From a virus: a stretch of DNA of 39,081 nt. The stretch covers positions 1 through 39,081 of IMG/VR virus record IMGVR_UViG_3300023082_000006; one strand, 5' to 3'. Below the pieces are notes generated by a model. It was not told where the DNA came from and searched no databases. It was given only the letters and a program-made list of their open reading frames with translations. Position numbers and translations under genes: made by a program. Below, piece after piece: positions 9,933 through 16,727 of this stretch; position 1 is the stretch's first letter; the number at the start of each line of letters is the position of its first letter.

Positions 9933-9956
9933 CGCCCCGATCCGAAGACCGGGGCG
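9933..9956. terminator. Bidirectional hairpin between the convergent lysis and early-left operons
   Basis: CGCCCCG-aTC-CGAA-GAc-CGGGGCG: a 7-bp GC stem plus 2 further pairs and a tetraloop, 3 nt after the endolysin stop. The T-tract is weak on both strands. Confidence 0.55.
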
Positions 9957-9967
9957 CTGTGTTAGGA

Positions 9968-10210
9968 TTAGTCGGGGTGAGCGCTAGAAATATGACCTTT
10001 GTCATACAGGTGGGTCACATCTTCTATTTCGCCCATGACATCTCGGTCTTCTGCTTCAGCACCCAAACAGGCAGCGCACACAAAATGTGCGTTCAGTTCG
10101 TTTTCAAACTCACCGATGGTTTCAATTGATCCACCGTTTTTAGTTTCGGTGTATCTGGTAACGATCCAGCGAGTGACAGGACGGACACGGTATTCGATGG
10201 TTTCGGTCAT
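9968..10210 (-). CDS. Hypothetical protein (low-GC terminal gene of the left arm)
   Basis: The ATG at 10210 is preceded by GGAGAAAATA. The track start at 10231 lacks an RBS. Hand-counted GC is 53% for 10021..10080 and 40% for 10081..10140. Confidence 0.65.
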   Translation of the reverse strand: MTETIEYRVRPVTRWIVTRYTETKNGGSIETIGEFENELNAHFVCAACLGAEAEDRDVMGEIEDVTHLYDKGHISSAHPD

Positions 10211-10257
10211 TATTTTCTCCGGGCTACGCATAGCCTGAGCGCTGCAAAATCGCAGCC

Positions 10258-10286
10258 GTGACAGTCTGTCGTATCCGCGCTATCCT
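10258..10286 (+). promoter_or_regulatory. Candidate sigma70-like promoter giving a leaderless mRNA for 10293..10508
   Basis: GTGACA-N17-TATCCT, with the -10 element ending 6 nt before the ATG and no Shine-Dalgarno sequence. An imperfect palindrome GCTGCaaaatcGCAGC lies just upstream. Confidence 0.3.
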
Positions 10287-10292
10287 CGCAAC

Positions 10293-10508
10293 ATGAAAAA
10301 CCCCTACGCCACCTTTGACGCCACAATCGCGCCCTTGATCATCATCATTCACAAAATCCGACAGGCGCGGGATGCGCAGCCGGTGTGGGTGTGGCGGATG
10401 ATTCCAGGTGCGATTACGCGTCCGTTGCAGGAGTTGTTTGATTTTGCTTCGGAATATGACAGGTCGATTGGTAGGGCGCAGCGGGATCGGGAATCGGGTC
10501 AGTCCTGA
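10293..10508 (+). CDS. Hypothetical 71-aa protein, opposite in orientation to the surrounding leftward operon
   Basis: GC3 is about 73% by hand count, much better than the Arg-rich antisense ORF 10224..10568. Its 3' end overlaps the convergent gene 10499..10654 by 10 nt. Confidence 0.5.
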   Translation: MKNPYATFDATIAPLIIIIHKIRQARDAQPVWVWRMIPGAITRPLQELFDFASEYDRSIGRAQRDRESGQS

Positions 10509-10654
10509 TTCACGAACTGGCGCAGATAAACCCAGATCACCACGGACACCATGGCTCCGGCCATGCACATGTAAGGCGCGTACTCGTCGCTACAGACCGC
10601 GATCAGCAGCCATACAGCGACGATCCATCCCATCGCCTTATCCACAGCACTCAT
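10499..10654 (-). CDS. Small membrane protein, 51 aa, 2 TM (MSAVDKAMGWIVAVWLLIAVCSDEYAPYMCMAGAMVSVVIWVYLRQFVNQD)
   Basis: Not in the ORF track (under 60 aa). Its ATG shares one base with the upstream TGA, and GGAGGG lies upstream. Confidence 0.6.
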   Translation of the reverse strand: MSAVDKAMGWIVAVWLLIAVCSDEYAPYMCMAGAMVSVVIWVYLRQFVNQD

Positions 10655-11001
10655 CACACCCTCCCCTTCAGGGCTTGGCGGCGCTTGACCTGAAACTCAG
10701 CGATGATGTTGGCGCATGTCCGCTTGGTGTCGGCGCATTGAGGGCAGCGCTCGGCGCGGCTGGTCATGACGCCGATGCGGGAGCGCATTTCGTCCACTTC
10801 ATTCAGCAGGACGACTATGGCGTCAGCCGTCTCGCGCGGAGAGCGGTCGAGGCTGTTTGGATATTTGGCGCAGTGGCGTTCGATCTCGACCACGCGCTTG
10901 CGCAGGAGGGAGTGAGCCGCGTCGCCAGCCGAATTCTCGCTAGGTACGGAGGCGCAGCCGGAGTGAACCAAGTCTTGCGGGGGAGTGGGGGAGACGGTCA
11001 T
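10654..11001 (-). CDS. Hypothetical protein
   Basis: 115-aa ORF that is translationally coupled on both sides. Contains a RCPQC...C cluster. Confidence 0.7.
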   Translation of the reverse strand: MTVSPTPPQDLVHSGCASVPSENSAGDAAHSLLRKRVVEIERHCAKYPNSLDRSPRETADAIVVLLNEVDEMRSRIGVMTSRAERCPQCADTKRTCANIIAEFQVKRRQALKGRV

Positions 11002-11198
11002 TTCAACACCGTCGTCTTGCTGAACTGGTCGGGGCCGGTCTGCGTGAAGCCGCTGCCCAGCAGCAGAGATTTCGTATACGCACCGGCGCTGTGCCCGTCG
11101 CGATATGCAGCGTCATCTCGCTGCGGCTCTTTTCCATCGAGCCCGTCCCAATACCCGTCACCATAGTCAGGGTGGTTTTTGTGAATTGAGGCGCTCAC
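10998..11198 (-). CDS. Hypothetical protein
   Basis: 66-aa ORF with 4-nt overlaps to both neighbours. Rich in Gly, Asp and Tyr. Confidence 0.65.
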   Translation of the reverse strand: MSASIHKNHPDYGDGYWDGLDGKEPQRDDAAYRDGHSAGAYTKSLLLGSGFTQTGPDQFSKTTVLK

Positions 11199-11629
11199 GG
11201 CTCAACCCCTTCAGAAGGCGCTACGGGGAGGGGCTGGAACAGGGTCGGAGCACCGTACCCCATGGAACCGATAGGGTCGCCGGTGTAGTCTCCGGGGCCG
11301 GTGTTCGCCCACCACCACTCGGGTTCAGCGTCGCCCTTCGGCTCAATCTTATACGCCTCGCCCACGATGTACGTGCGCTCGCCTTTGTTATCATAGGGCA
11401 CAGCCACGATGACGGAGTTATTCAGGCCGAACGCGGTGTGCTCACTGACCGGCCTCCACGCGTTTCCATGGGGAGACGGGACAGGAGCGGCGGCGAGGGA
11501 GAACAGTGGTTCGATGACCGCTTCCGTCGCATGAAGATGCAGGGCCGGATCAACGCTGGAATACTGCCAACCGGGAGCATCGTGCAGGCTGAACCGCCAA
11601 GCCACAGGTTCTGTCGGGGCTATGGTCAT
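11195..11629 (-). CDS. Hypothetical protein (PVAWR motif)
   Basis: I chose the ATG at 11629 (MTIAPTEPVAWRF...), which forms an ATGA overlap with the upstream small ORF. Confidence 0.7.
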   Translation of the reverse strand: MTIAPTEPVAWRFSLHDAPGWQYSSVDPALHLHATEAVIEPLFSLAAAPVPSPHGNAWRPVSEHTAFGLNNSVIVAVPYDNKGERTYIVGEAYKIEPKGDAEPEWWWANTGPGDYTGDPIGSMGYGAPTLFQPLPVAPSEGVEP

Positions 11630-11805
11630 TGAGGAGCGTCCCTCTTTTGGATGGAGTTTCCAGCACCCCAAAGGGCACCGACGCAGAATGAAAGTGCGGC
11701 AACAGCGACAGTGAGCGAGACACCCACGCCGAACACCCGCTTGAGAACTTCGAGCGCTGCTACGATAGCGACGAACATCAGGAAGGTTTTTGCTCCCTCG
11801 CTCAT
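11626..11805 (-). CDS. Small membrane protein, 59 aa, 2 TM (MSEGAKTFLMFVAIVAALEVLKRVFGVGVSLTVAVAALSFCVGALWGAGNSIQKRDAPQ)
   Basis: Not in the ORF track. It has ATGA overlaps at both ends. Confidence 0.65.
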   Translation of the reverse strand: MSEGAKTFLMFVAIVAALEVLKRVFGVGVSLTVAVAALSFCVGALWGAGNSIQKRDAPQ

Positions 11806-12290
11806 GACGGCTCCTTGGCGGCAGCGAGGCGGGCTTCGGCCTGATCGAACTTGTCGCGCCAGTACGTCGACAGGAACTCAGCCCGGTTGTCCGCGATGTG
11901 CATGTGGAAGATCAGGCCAGCGATTACGTCGGCAACAACCGTTCCTTTGTGCTCCTCGAAAACAGGCTTCACCGTCAGCGGGTGAAGGTGCTTGACGCTG
12001 GCCCTGCCGCTCGGCTGATATTCGTCACCGACGACCTCCTGCCACCATTTCGGCATGGGGGCAGTCAGGGCCGCGACCTGTGCGGTCAGGGCTTCGATCT
12101 CGGAGGCGGCTTCGTCCATGACCCGCATATCCACGCCCTTGCAGAGGTCGGGTGCGCCTTCCTCGTTCTTCGTGCCGCAGAACTTGCAGGGGTCGGTGTC
12201 GTTCGTGGTGTAGTAGTCAGGCGAGCGCTGATCGTAGGGGCATATCGTCATCCCCATTTTCGAGCGCAGTCGTTCGATCAGATCAGCCAT
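11802..12290 (-). CDS. Hypothetical protein with Cys cluster and coiled-coil segment
   Basis: I chose the ATG at 12290 (MADLIERLRSK...) preceded by GGTGAGG. The track N-terminal extension overlaps the upstream gene. Confidence 0.7.
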   Translation of the reverse strand: MADLIERLRSKMGMTICPYDQRSPDYYTTNDTDPCKFCGTKNEEGAPDLCKGVDMRVMDEAASEIEALTAQVAALTAPMPKWWQEVVGDEYQPSGRASVKHLHPLTVKPVFEEHKGTVVADVIAGLIFHMHIADNRAEFLSTYWRDKFDQAEARLAAAKEPS

Positions 12291-13122
12291 TGGCCTCACC
12301 TTCGGGTTGGAGGGCGGCGCGATCCTCGATTTCTGTGTCGTGCATTCCGGCATCAGGCCCTTCGTAATCGTCAGGCCTTCCCGTCCCCATGAGTGCGTCA
12401 TCTGGAATGGCGGCGTGGCCCAAGGCCTTGTCGATGGCCTCAACGATCAGGCTAATGGCATGATCGGCTTGGCTCACAGGAGCGTGGCCGCTGCCGATGT
12501 TGTGACCTTCGACGGGCGATCCGCACATGCAGGTAGATGTGTCGTCTAGAGGGTAGGTCTCGACACTATCACGGACCTCCACCAAGGCCGTGTAGAGCCG
12601 ATGAGCGCGATCAGCGTGACCGTCTCGTGAGGTCCGCAGATAATCGATGCGGGCCTGATCGAACACATCCTGGCTCAGCGCTCGGGATGGCGGGGAGGCT
12701 GCGTAGAGGGCGGTAACCTTCGCAGTCGCTTCGCCCTCGTAGCGGTACTCAGCCGTCCTTCGAGCGTAATCACGGTCTGTCGTGAACCGAGGTTCAGCGC
12801 CTTGGAGGATCAGGTCATCAATCCGCCACGCCACCGCCTCCTGTTCGACGGGGCGATGGGCGCGGAACAGGGCGTCATGGCAGAGGGCGCGGGCGTAGCG
12901 CTTGCCCTTCTTCGTCAGGTTGACGTCGAAGCTCATGCCGCGCGATTTGGTGATCAGGCCGTGCTCTCGCAGGATGCAGACCTGAGTGTGCCCACAATGG
13001 TATCCGATAGCCGACTTGCGAACGCCGTCGTTCACGACCTCGCGCGGGTCCATGCTTCCGAAGTTGGCGTTGCCGTGGACGCGAATAATCGCGGCGTCGC
13101 TGATGATCTCATCCAGTGTCAC
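12283..13122 (-). CDS. Hypothetical protein, possible N-terminal winged-helix domain
   Basis: 279 aa. LREHGLITKSRGMSFDVNLTKKGKRYARAL resembles a MarR-type wHTH. Also carries VAWR...ALYAASPP motifs. Confidence 0.7.
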   Translation of the reverse strand: MTLDEIISDAAIIRVHGNANFGSMDPREVVNDGVRKSAIGYHCGHTQVCILREHGLITKSRGMSFDVNLTKKGKRYARALCHDALFRAHRPVEQEAVAWRIDDLILQGAEPRFTTDRDYARRTAEYRYEGEATAKVTALYAASPPSRALSQDVFDQARIDYLRTSRDGHADRAHRLYTALVEVRDSVETYPLDDTSTCMCGSPVEGHNIGSGHAPVSQADHAISLIVEAIDKALGHAAIPDDALMGTGRPDDYEGPDAGMHDTEIEDRAALQPEGEANG

Positions 13123-13334
13123 TTCGATTGCTCCGATGCGCGAAGGGCGTCGGAGTTTGCATCGCCCGGTCTCTCAGAGAGGAACAGCGCAGGGCTAGAC
13201 CGCGCTGGAAAGCGTCCCATCCGCATATCGTGGGCGATGTGTTCGGCCGCCGTCACCAGAACAGCTGACGAACAGTTCATAGAGCAAAGCCCATCGACAC
13301 AGTCGTCGCAGGACCCATAAAGGTTCATCGTCAT
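13119..13334 (-). CDS. Small Cys-rich hypothetical protein
   Basis: 71 aa with a SCDDCVDGLCSMNC cluster and 4-nt overlaps to its neighbours. Confidence 0.6.
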   Translation of the reverse strand: MTMNLYGSCDDCVDGLCSMNCSSAVLVTAAEHIAHDMRMGRFPARSSPALFLSERPGDANSDALRASEQSK

Positions 13335-13525
13335 AGTTCGTACTCCGAGGTAACGCCCGTCAGAAACATTTCGTGTTGAAGCTCGTTTAGTTCGGCCAGC
13401 AACTGGTCGCTCTTGGTGGCTCCGTCAGGCTCAAAGCGAGCCTCATCCAGCGCGTTCTGAACTATCTCGATCTCGGACTTCAGCTCGCGCGCGCGGCGAT
13501 AGTTGGGACGCAGAACCCCGCTCAC
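13331..13525 (-). CDS. Small hypothetical protein (64 aa, helical)
   Basis: GTG at 13525 in a GTGA overlap with the upstream stop, preceded by AGGAGG at 7-nt spacing. The track N-terminus (13765) is Arg-rich and overlaps the upstream gene. Confidence 0.6.
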   Translation of the reverse strand: MSGVLRPNYRRARELKSEIEIVQNALDEARFEPDGATKSDQLLAELNELQHEMFLTGVTSEYEL

Positions 13526-14280
13526 TGTCCCGCCTCCTTCGCGCTGGTGGAGAGGGCGGCGAGGCGGTTTTCCCAAGCCTTGTCTTTGAAATGCTGAGGC
13601 GGGGTTCGGCCAGTGATGTCGGCGTAAGCAACGTCGATGCCGGCATCGAACGCCTTCCGTGCGACCTCTACGGCGCCCTGTTGCTGGGGGTGGGCGTAGA
13701 GGGCGGCAGACAGCATGATTTCGGGCACGAAGATCATGGGATGAAACTCCCACGGCCCTGTCCAACCGGGTTTGTGGGACAGTCCCTTAAGCTGGATCAG
13801 GCTCTCTTGACCGACATCACCTAGGTGTACGCCCTCGACTTCCCATCGGTGGCCGTGCAGGTCGATCTCCTGCCCAACCTTCAAAGGCACAGCATACGGT
13901 CGAGCCACCGCTCCGGCCTGTTCCTGGGATGGTGAGGAGGACAGGATGCGGCGAACGTCAGCTTCAGTGAACAGTCGCTCGGCTTCGACGTGCTCGCCGG
14001 GCGTTGACCAGTGCGAAGCATAAGACCAACTGAAGGTGTCGAGAACGGGCGTCTTCCAGCGGTAGCCAGCGACACGCATTCCCATGACCGTTTCGCCGGA
14101 CACGTCTCGCCCCTCCCCACCCTCTGCCCGGTCGGGTTCGGCGGACACGAGGCGGTCCAGATAGGACGGCGGCGATTGGATGGTCTGGGCCGGAATGACG
14201 CAGTCGCAGCCTGGCTGGTGTTCGTCGTAGCAGGCGTGCGGCTCTCCGGGGGTGGGGGAGACGGGAAGGTCGCGGGTCAT
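13522..14280 (-). CDS. Hypothetical protein
   Basis: 252-aa ORF with good coding composition, translationally coupled to its neighbours. Confidence 0.75.
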   Translation of the reverse strand: MTRDLPVSPTPGEPHACYDEHQPGCDCVIPAQTIQSPPSYLDRLVSAEPDRAEGGEGRDVSGETVMGMRVAGYRWKTPVLDTFSWSYASHWSTPGEHVEAERLFTEADVRRILSSSPSQEQAGAVARPYAVPLKVGQEIDLHGHRWEVEGVHLGDVGQESLIQLKGLSHKPGWTGPWEFHPMIFVPEIMLSAALYAHPQQQGAVEVARKAFDAGIDVAYADITGRTPPQHFKDKAWENRLAALSTSAKEAGQ

Positions 14281-14519
14281 GCGGGTTGATCCTCAGAATT
14301 CCGGACGGCCGCGCGACGGATTAGTTCGGCGGCGACGTAGTGGGTGATTTCGACCAGGTCCCGGTCGGTCGGGACGTATGTGATCAGCCGTTTTCCAGAG
14401 CCGTTGTATTTCGGGCCGTGAAGACGAAGGCCGCTTGAGGCGCTATCGATGCTGAGTTGATAGCCGCCGGTCAGGCCGTCGCGATCAACGCAGAAATGCA
14501 ATCCCTCTGGCGCGCTCAT
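14277..14519 (-). CDS. Hypothetical protein
   Basis: 80-aa ORF with 4-nt overlaps on both sides. Confidence 0.65.
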   Translation of the reverse strand: MSAPEGLHFCVDRDGLTGGYQLSIDSASSGLRLHGPKYNGSGKRLITYVPTDRDLVEITHYVAAELIRRAAVRNSEDQPA

Positions 14520-14983
14520 TGGCCTGTCGCCTTTGCAATCGCGGCGCGACGGGCGATGCGCGCGTCATCGAACAGCGGGAAGCAGGTCTCACAGAGTTCT
14601 GGAACGCCCTCGCCTTCGCATTCGCGACAGTCATTGTGATAGTGATCTTCAGCGCGCTCCAGCTTCTCTGCTGCCTCCAGCAGATCAGCAGCGGCGGCTT
14701 CAGCCGAGATGGCCCGAAACTCAGCAGACCGGGCCATCGCCTGCATCGACGCGTCGGTCTGAGCAGGCGGGTGAACGCGTAGAACGGCTTGAGCGATGCC
14801 GATTATATCCGCCGCCCCCAGCGCCCGCAGATAAGGGTCCTGAACCACCCGATAACCGCTTATAGCGGCCGTCACAGCTCGCCACTCCGGCGTCTGGTTC
14901 GACACCTCCCCCGCCGTGTGAACTCCAATAGCCTCAGGGGATTGTGCGGGGGTCATGCCCGCGTTATCATCGTTGTCCGTCAT
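14516..14983 (-). CDS. Hypothetical protein with C-terminal CxxC-x9-CxxC zinc-ribbon-like motif
   Basis: 155 aa. Contains DCRECEGEGVPELCETC near the C-terminus. Confidence 0.7.
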   Translation of the reverse strand: MTDNDDNAGMTPAQSPEAIGVHTAGEVSNQTPEWRAVTAAISGYRVVQDPYLRALGAADIIGIAQAVLRVHPPAQTDASMQAMARSAEFRAISAEAAAADLLEAAEKLERAEDHYHNDCRECEGEGVPELCETCFPLFDDARIARRAAIAKATGQ

Positions 14984-15008
14984 GTCTTCCTCCAGTTGTT
15001 CATGATGA

Positions 15009-15050
15009 GGGCCGGTGCTTTCGTGATAGGAGCATCGGCCCTGTTTGTTT
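15009..15050 (+). terminator. Intrinsic-terminator-like hairpin, better formed on the + strand although it lies inside the - strand operon
   Basis: GGGCCGGTGCT-N11-AGCATCGGCCC followed by TGTTTGTTT on the + strand. As + RNA the single imperfect pair is G-U; as - RNA it is a C-A mismatch and no U-tract follows. Confidence 0.4.
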
Positions 15051-15064
15051 CGGTATGCTACCGT

Positions 15065-15244
15065 TTATTCTGACGCGGTCAACGACTTTCTTTTCGAGAC
15101 CGAACCGCCTTTGCGCCCCGCTTCCTTGGCCGCTTCTGGGTTGGCGGCGAAGTAGCCTGGAGACGCAGCGCCGCCCTTTGCAGACACTTCGCGGCGCTTC
15201 TCTGGCGTCATCGCTGCAAACCCGCGCTTCTTCGGCTCATTCAT
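15065..15244 (-). CDS. KGG-repeat general-stress-protein-like small protein
   Basis: RGFAAMTPEKRREVSAKGGAAS...AKEAGRKGG resembles the KGG/YciG-type stress-protein repeat. I chose the ATG at 15244, which forms an ATGA overlap. Confidence 0.6.
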   Translation of the reverse strand: MNEPKKRGFAAMTPEKRREVSAKGGAASPGYFAANPEAAKEAGRKGGSVSKRKSLTASE

Positions 15245-15852
15245 TGCCCGCCCCACTGGTCCGCCATGGCTTCAGCAAAGCCCGTATAGAATCTTGCGCG
15301 CTCTTTCGCTCTGTCTGGCCCAGGTGACATGTAGTGAACACGCTCGCGAATGTTCTTCGGAAGCTTCATCATTTCCTCATAGACGTTGTTCGTTTCGCGC
15401 AACGGCATCAGGCCCCGTAACCCAAAACCTGTTTTCTTCTGTTCCAGATGGCCGAACCCGTAAGGCTGGATGTACTGAACGAGAGCCTTGCGCCTGTCGC
15501 GCAGGGCGGGGAACAAAACGCTCGCCGGGTTTTCCATGGCAACGCGGGGAGCCATCATGCACGCAGCATCCCAGACCTTCAAAGACCATTCAATGGCGTC
15601 CAGGCGCTGCTGGTATTCCGGCGAGCCTTCAGCGTATGTCTTGTTCCCGCAAACGGCCATCGCTGTGCAGGGAATGTGCACGATAATCAGGTCCCAAGGA
15701 TGAAGGCCAATCGCATCCATCACATCCCCCTGAATGTGCCATTGCGGGTCGCCCTCAGTCGGCAACAGATCGCACGACCAGGCGTCGTGTCCACGCGCGC
15801 GAAAGGCGTCTCGAACCGTCGCGGAATATTCACACGCCACCAGGCACCTCAT
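15241..15852 (-). CDS. Compact C5 DNA-cytosine-methyltransferase-like protein (203 aa)
   Basis: Motif-like elements appear in C5-MTase order: N-terminal VACEYSATVRDAF, catalytic-type IPC (VHIPCTAM), ENP (VAMENPASV), and C-terminal FYTGFAEAMADQWGG. No large target-recognition domain is present. Confidence 0.6.
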   Translation of the reverse strand: MRCLVACEYSATVRDAFRARGHDAWSCDLLPTEGDPQWHIQGDVMDAIGLHPWDLIIVHIPCTAMAVCGNKTYAEGSPEYQQRLDAIEWSLKVWDAACMMAPRVAMENPASVLFPALRDRRKALVQYIQPYGFGHLEQKKTGFGLRGLMPLRETNNVYEEMMKLPKNIRERVHYMSPGPDRAKERARFYTGFAEAMADQWGGQ

Positions 15853-16055
15853 ACCACACCCCCCTTCCTCAACACCCTTATCTGTGATCCCAACTCCCGC
15901 AGGTTCTGCATCGCGCGGTTCCTGGCTTGCTCGGCGAGAATCAGAGCCTCCCGTGTCGTCGTACCCGTCAGGGTTTGCGAGAGACGGCGCGCATCGTTGG
16001 AGGCGTTAAGGGCCAGCGTATGGGTGCGGCAGGGGATACTTAGTCGAGACTGCAT
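15849..16055 (-). CDS. Hypothetical protein (helical)
   Basis: 68 aa. GC3 is about 73% by hand count. Overlaps the upstream gene by 16 nt. Confidence 0.55.
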   Translation of the reverse strand: MQSRLSIPCRTHTLALNASNDARRLSQTLTGTTTREALILAEQARNRAMQNLRELGSQIRVLRKGGVV

Positions 16056-16393
16056 GGCGTTTTCCGGTTCAAGGATTTGCGAATAGCCAACATCATTTCA
16101 TCAGCTTCGTCTGGGGTAAATCTCGCTGTGTCTCCATCGGCAGCAGGATAAATTTCGTAGTAAGGCTTTTTGCCCATGATGCCCAAGCGGTCGTCAGTGT
16201 CGAAATATACACTGACCTTCTTGTGGCCCTTGCTGACTACAAAGCGAGCCATAGCTCCGGCCCACGGAGGAATGATCCTTACTTTCCAGTTGCTTTGAAA
16301 GGTCAGATCGGCAGCAGCCGCAGACGCTCCTCGCCAATCCTCGTCGCGCTCCACGTTGGCGCGCTTGAGTATCTTTGATGCATAATCGCCCAT
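16040..16393 (-). CDS. Hypothetical protein (low-GC island)
   Basis: I chose the ATG at 16393 (MGDYASKILKR...), a TAATG overlap with the upstream stop. The track N-terminus is an Arg-rich artefact. Confidence 0.65.
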   Translation of the reverse strand: MGDYASKILKRANVERDEDWRGASAAAADLTFQSNWKVRIIPPWAGAMARFVVSKGHKKVSVYFDTDDRLGIMGKKPYYEIYPAADGDTARFTPDEADEMMLAIRKSLNRKTPCSLD

Positions 16394-16578
16394 TAGCTCA
16401 ACTTCTCCCACACCGCCATCGCCACCAGAAGCGGCCCAAGGATAAACACGGCGGTAGCGACGACGAGCGCGACGATACCGACGACGAGTTGCGTGACGGG
16501 CCAGACGCGACCGGCGTCGTAGTCGTCGATGGGTTCGTGGTCGTCGTTGTCGGCGTGATGGCCGTTCCACGGGGTCAT
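16393..16578 (-). CDS. Small membrane protein, 61 aa (acidic N-terminus, 2 TM)
   Basis: ATG at 16578 (MTPWNGHHADNDDHEPIDDYD...VVGIVALVVATAVFILGPLLVAMAVW), in an ATGA overlap with the upstream small ORF. Confidence 0.6.
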   Translation of the reverse strand: MTPWNGHHADNDDHEPIDDYDAGRVWPVTQLVVGIVALVVATAVFILGPLLVAMAVWEKLS

Positions 16579-16727
16579 TTCATTGTTCCAAATGCGATAA
16601 GGGAGACGCCGACACACGCGAGCGTACTAATTGTCAGGCTCAGCCAGAAAGGCCGCTTAGGGTTCGTTAATGACAAGCTCAAAGAAAGCATCACGCCTCC
16701 CAAGAATGAAATCCAGAACGCACTCAT
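16575..16727 (-). CDS. Small membrane protein, 50 aa, 2 TM (MSAFWISFLGGVMLSLSLSLTNPKRPFWLSLTISTLACVGVSLIAFGTMK)
   Basis: Not in the ORF track. ATGA overlaps at both ends. Confidence 0.6.
   Translation of the reverse strand: MSAFWISFLGGVMLSLSLSLTNPKRPFWLSLTISTLACVGVSLIAFGTMK

Noticed and set aside
10224-10568. 114-aa - strand ORF that would keep the leftward operon continuous
   Set aside because: It is Arg-rich with implausible composition. It overlaps both the well-supported 51-aa membrane ORF and a + strand ORF with much better third-position GC.
16040-16570. Long N-terminal extensions proposed by the ORF track (for example 16040..16570, 13331..13765, 11802..12443, 24320..24859, 3772..5823, 37339..38835, 8795..9337)
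   Set aside because: The extended N-termini are Arg/Ser/Pro-rich and overlap the preceding gene. In each case an internal ATG or GTG lying exactly at an ATGA/GTGA/TAATG junction, or carrying a Shine-Dalgarno sequence, gives a compact gene.
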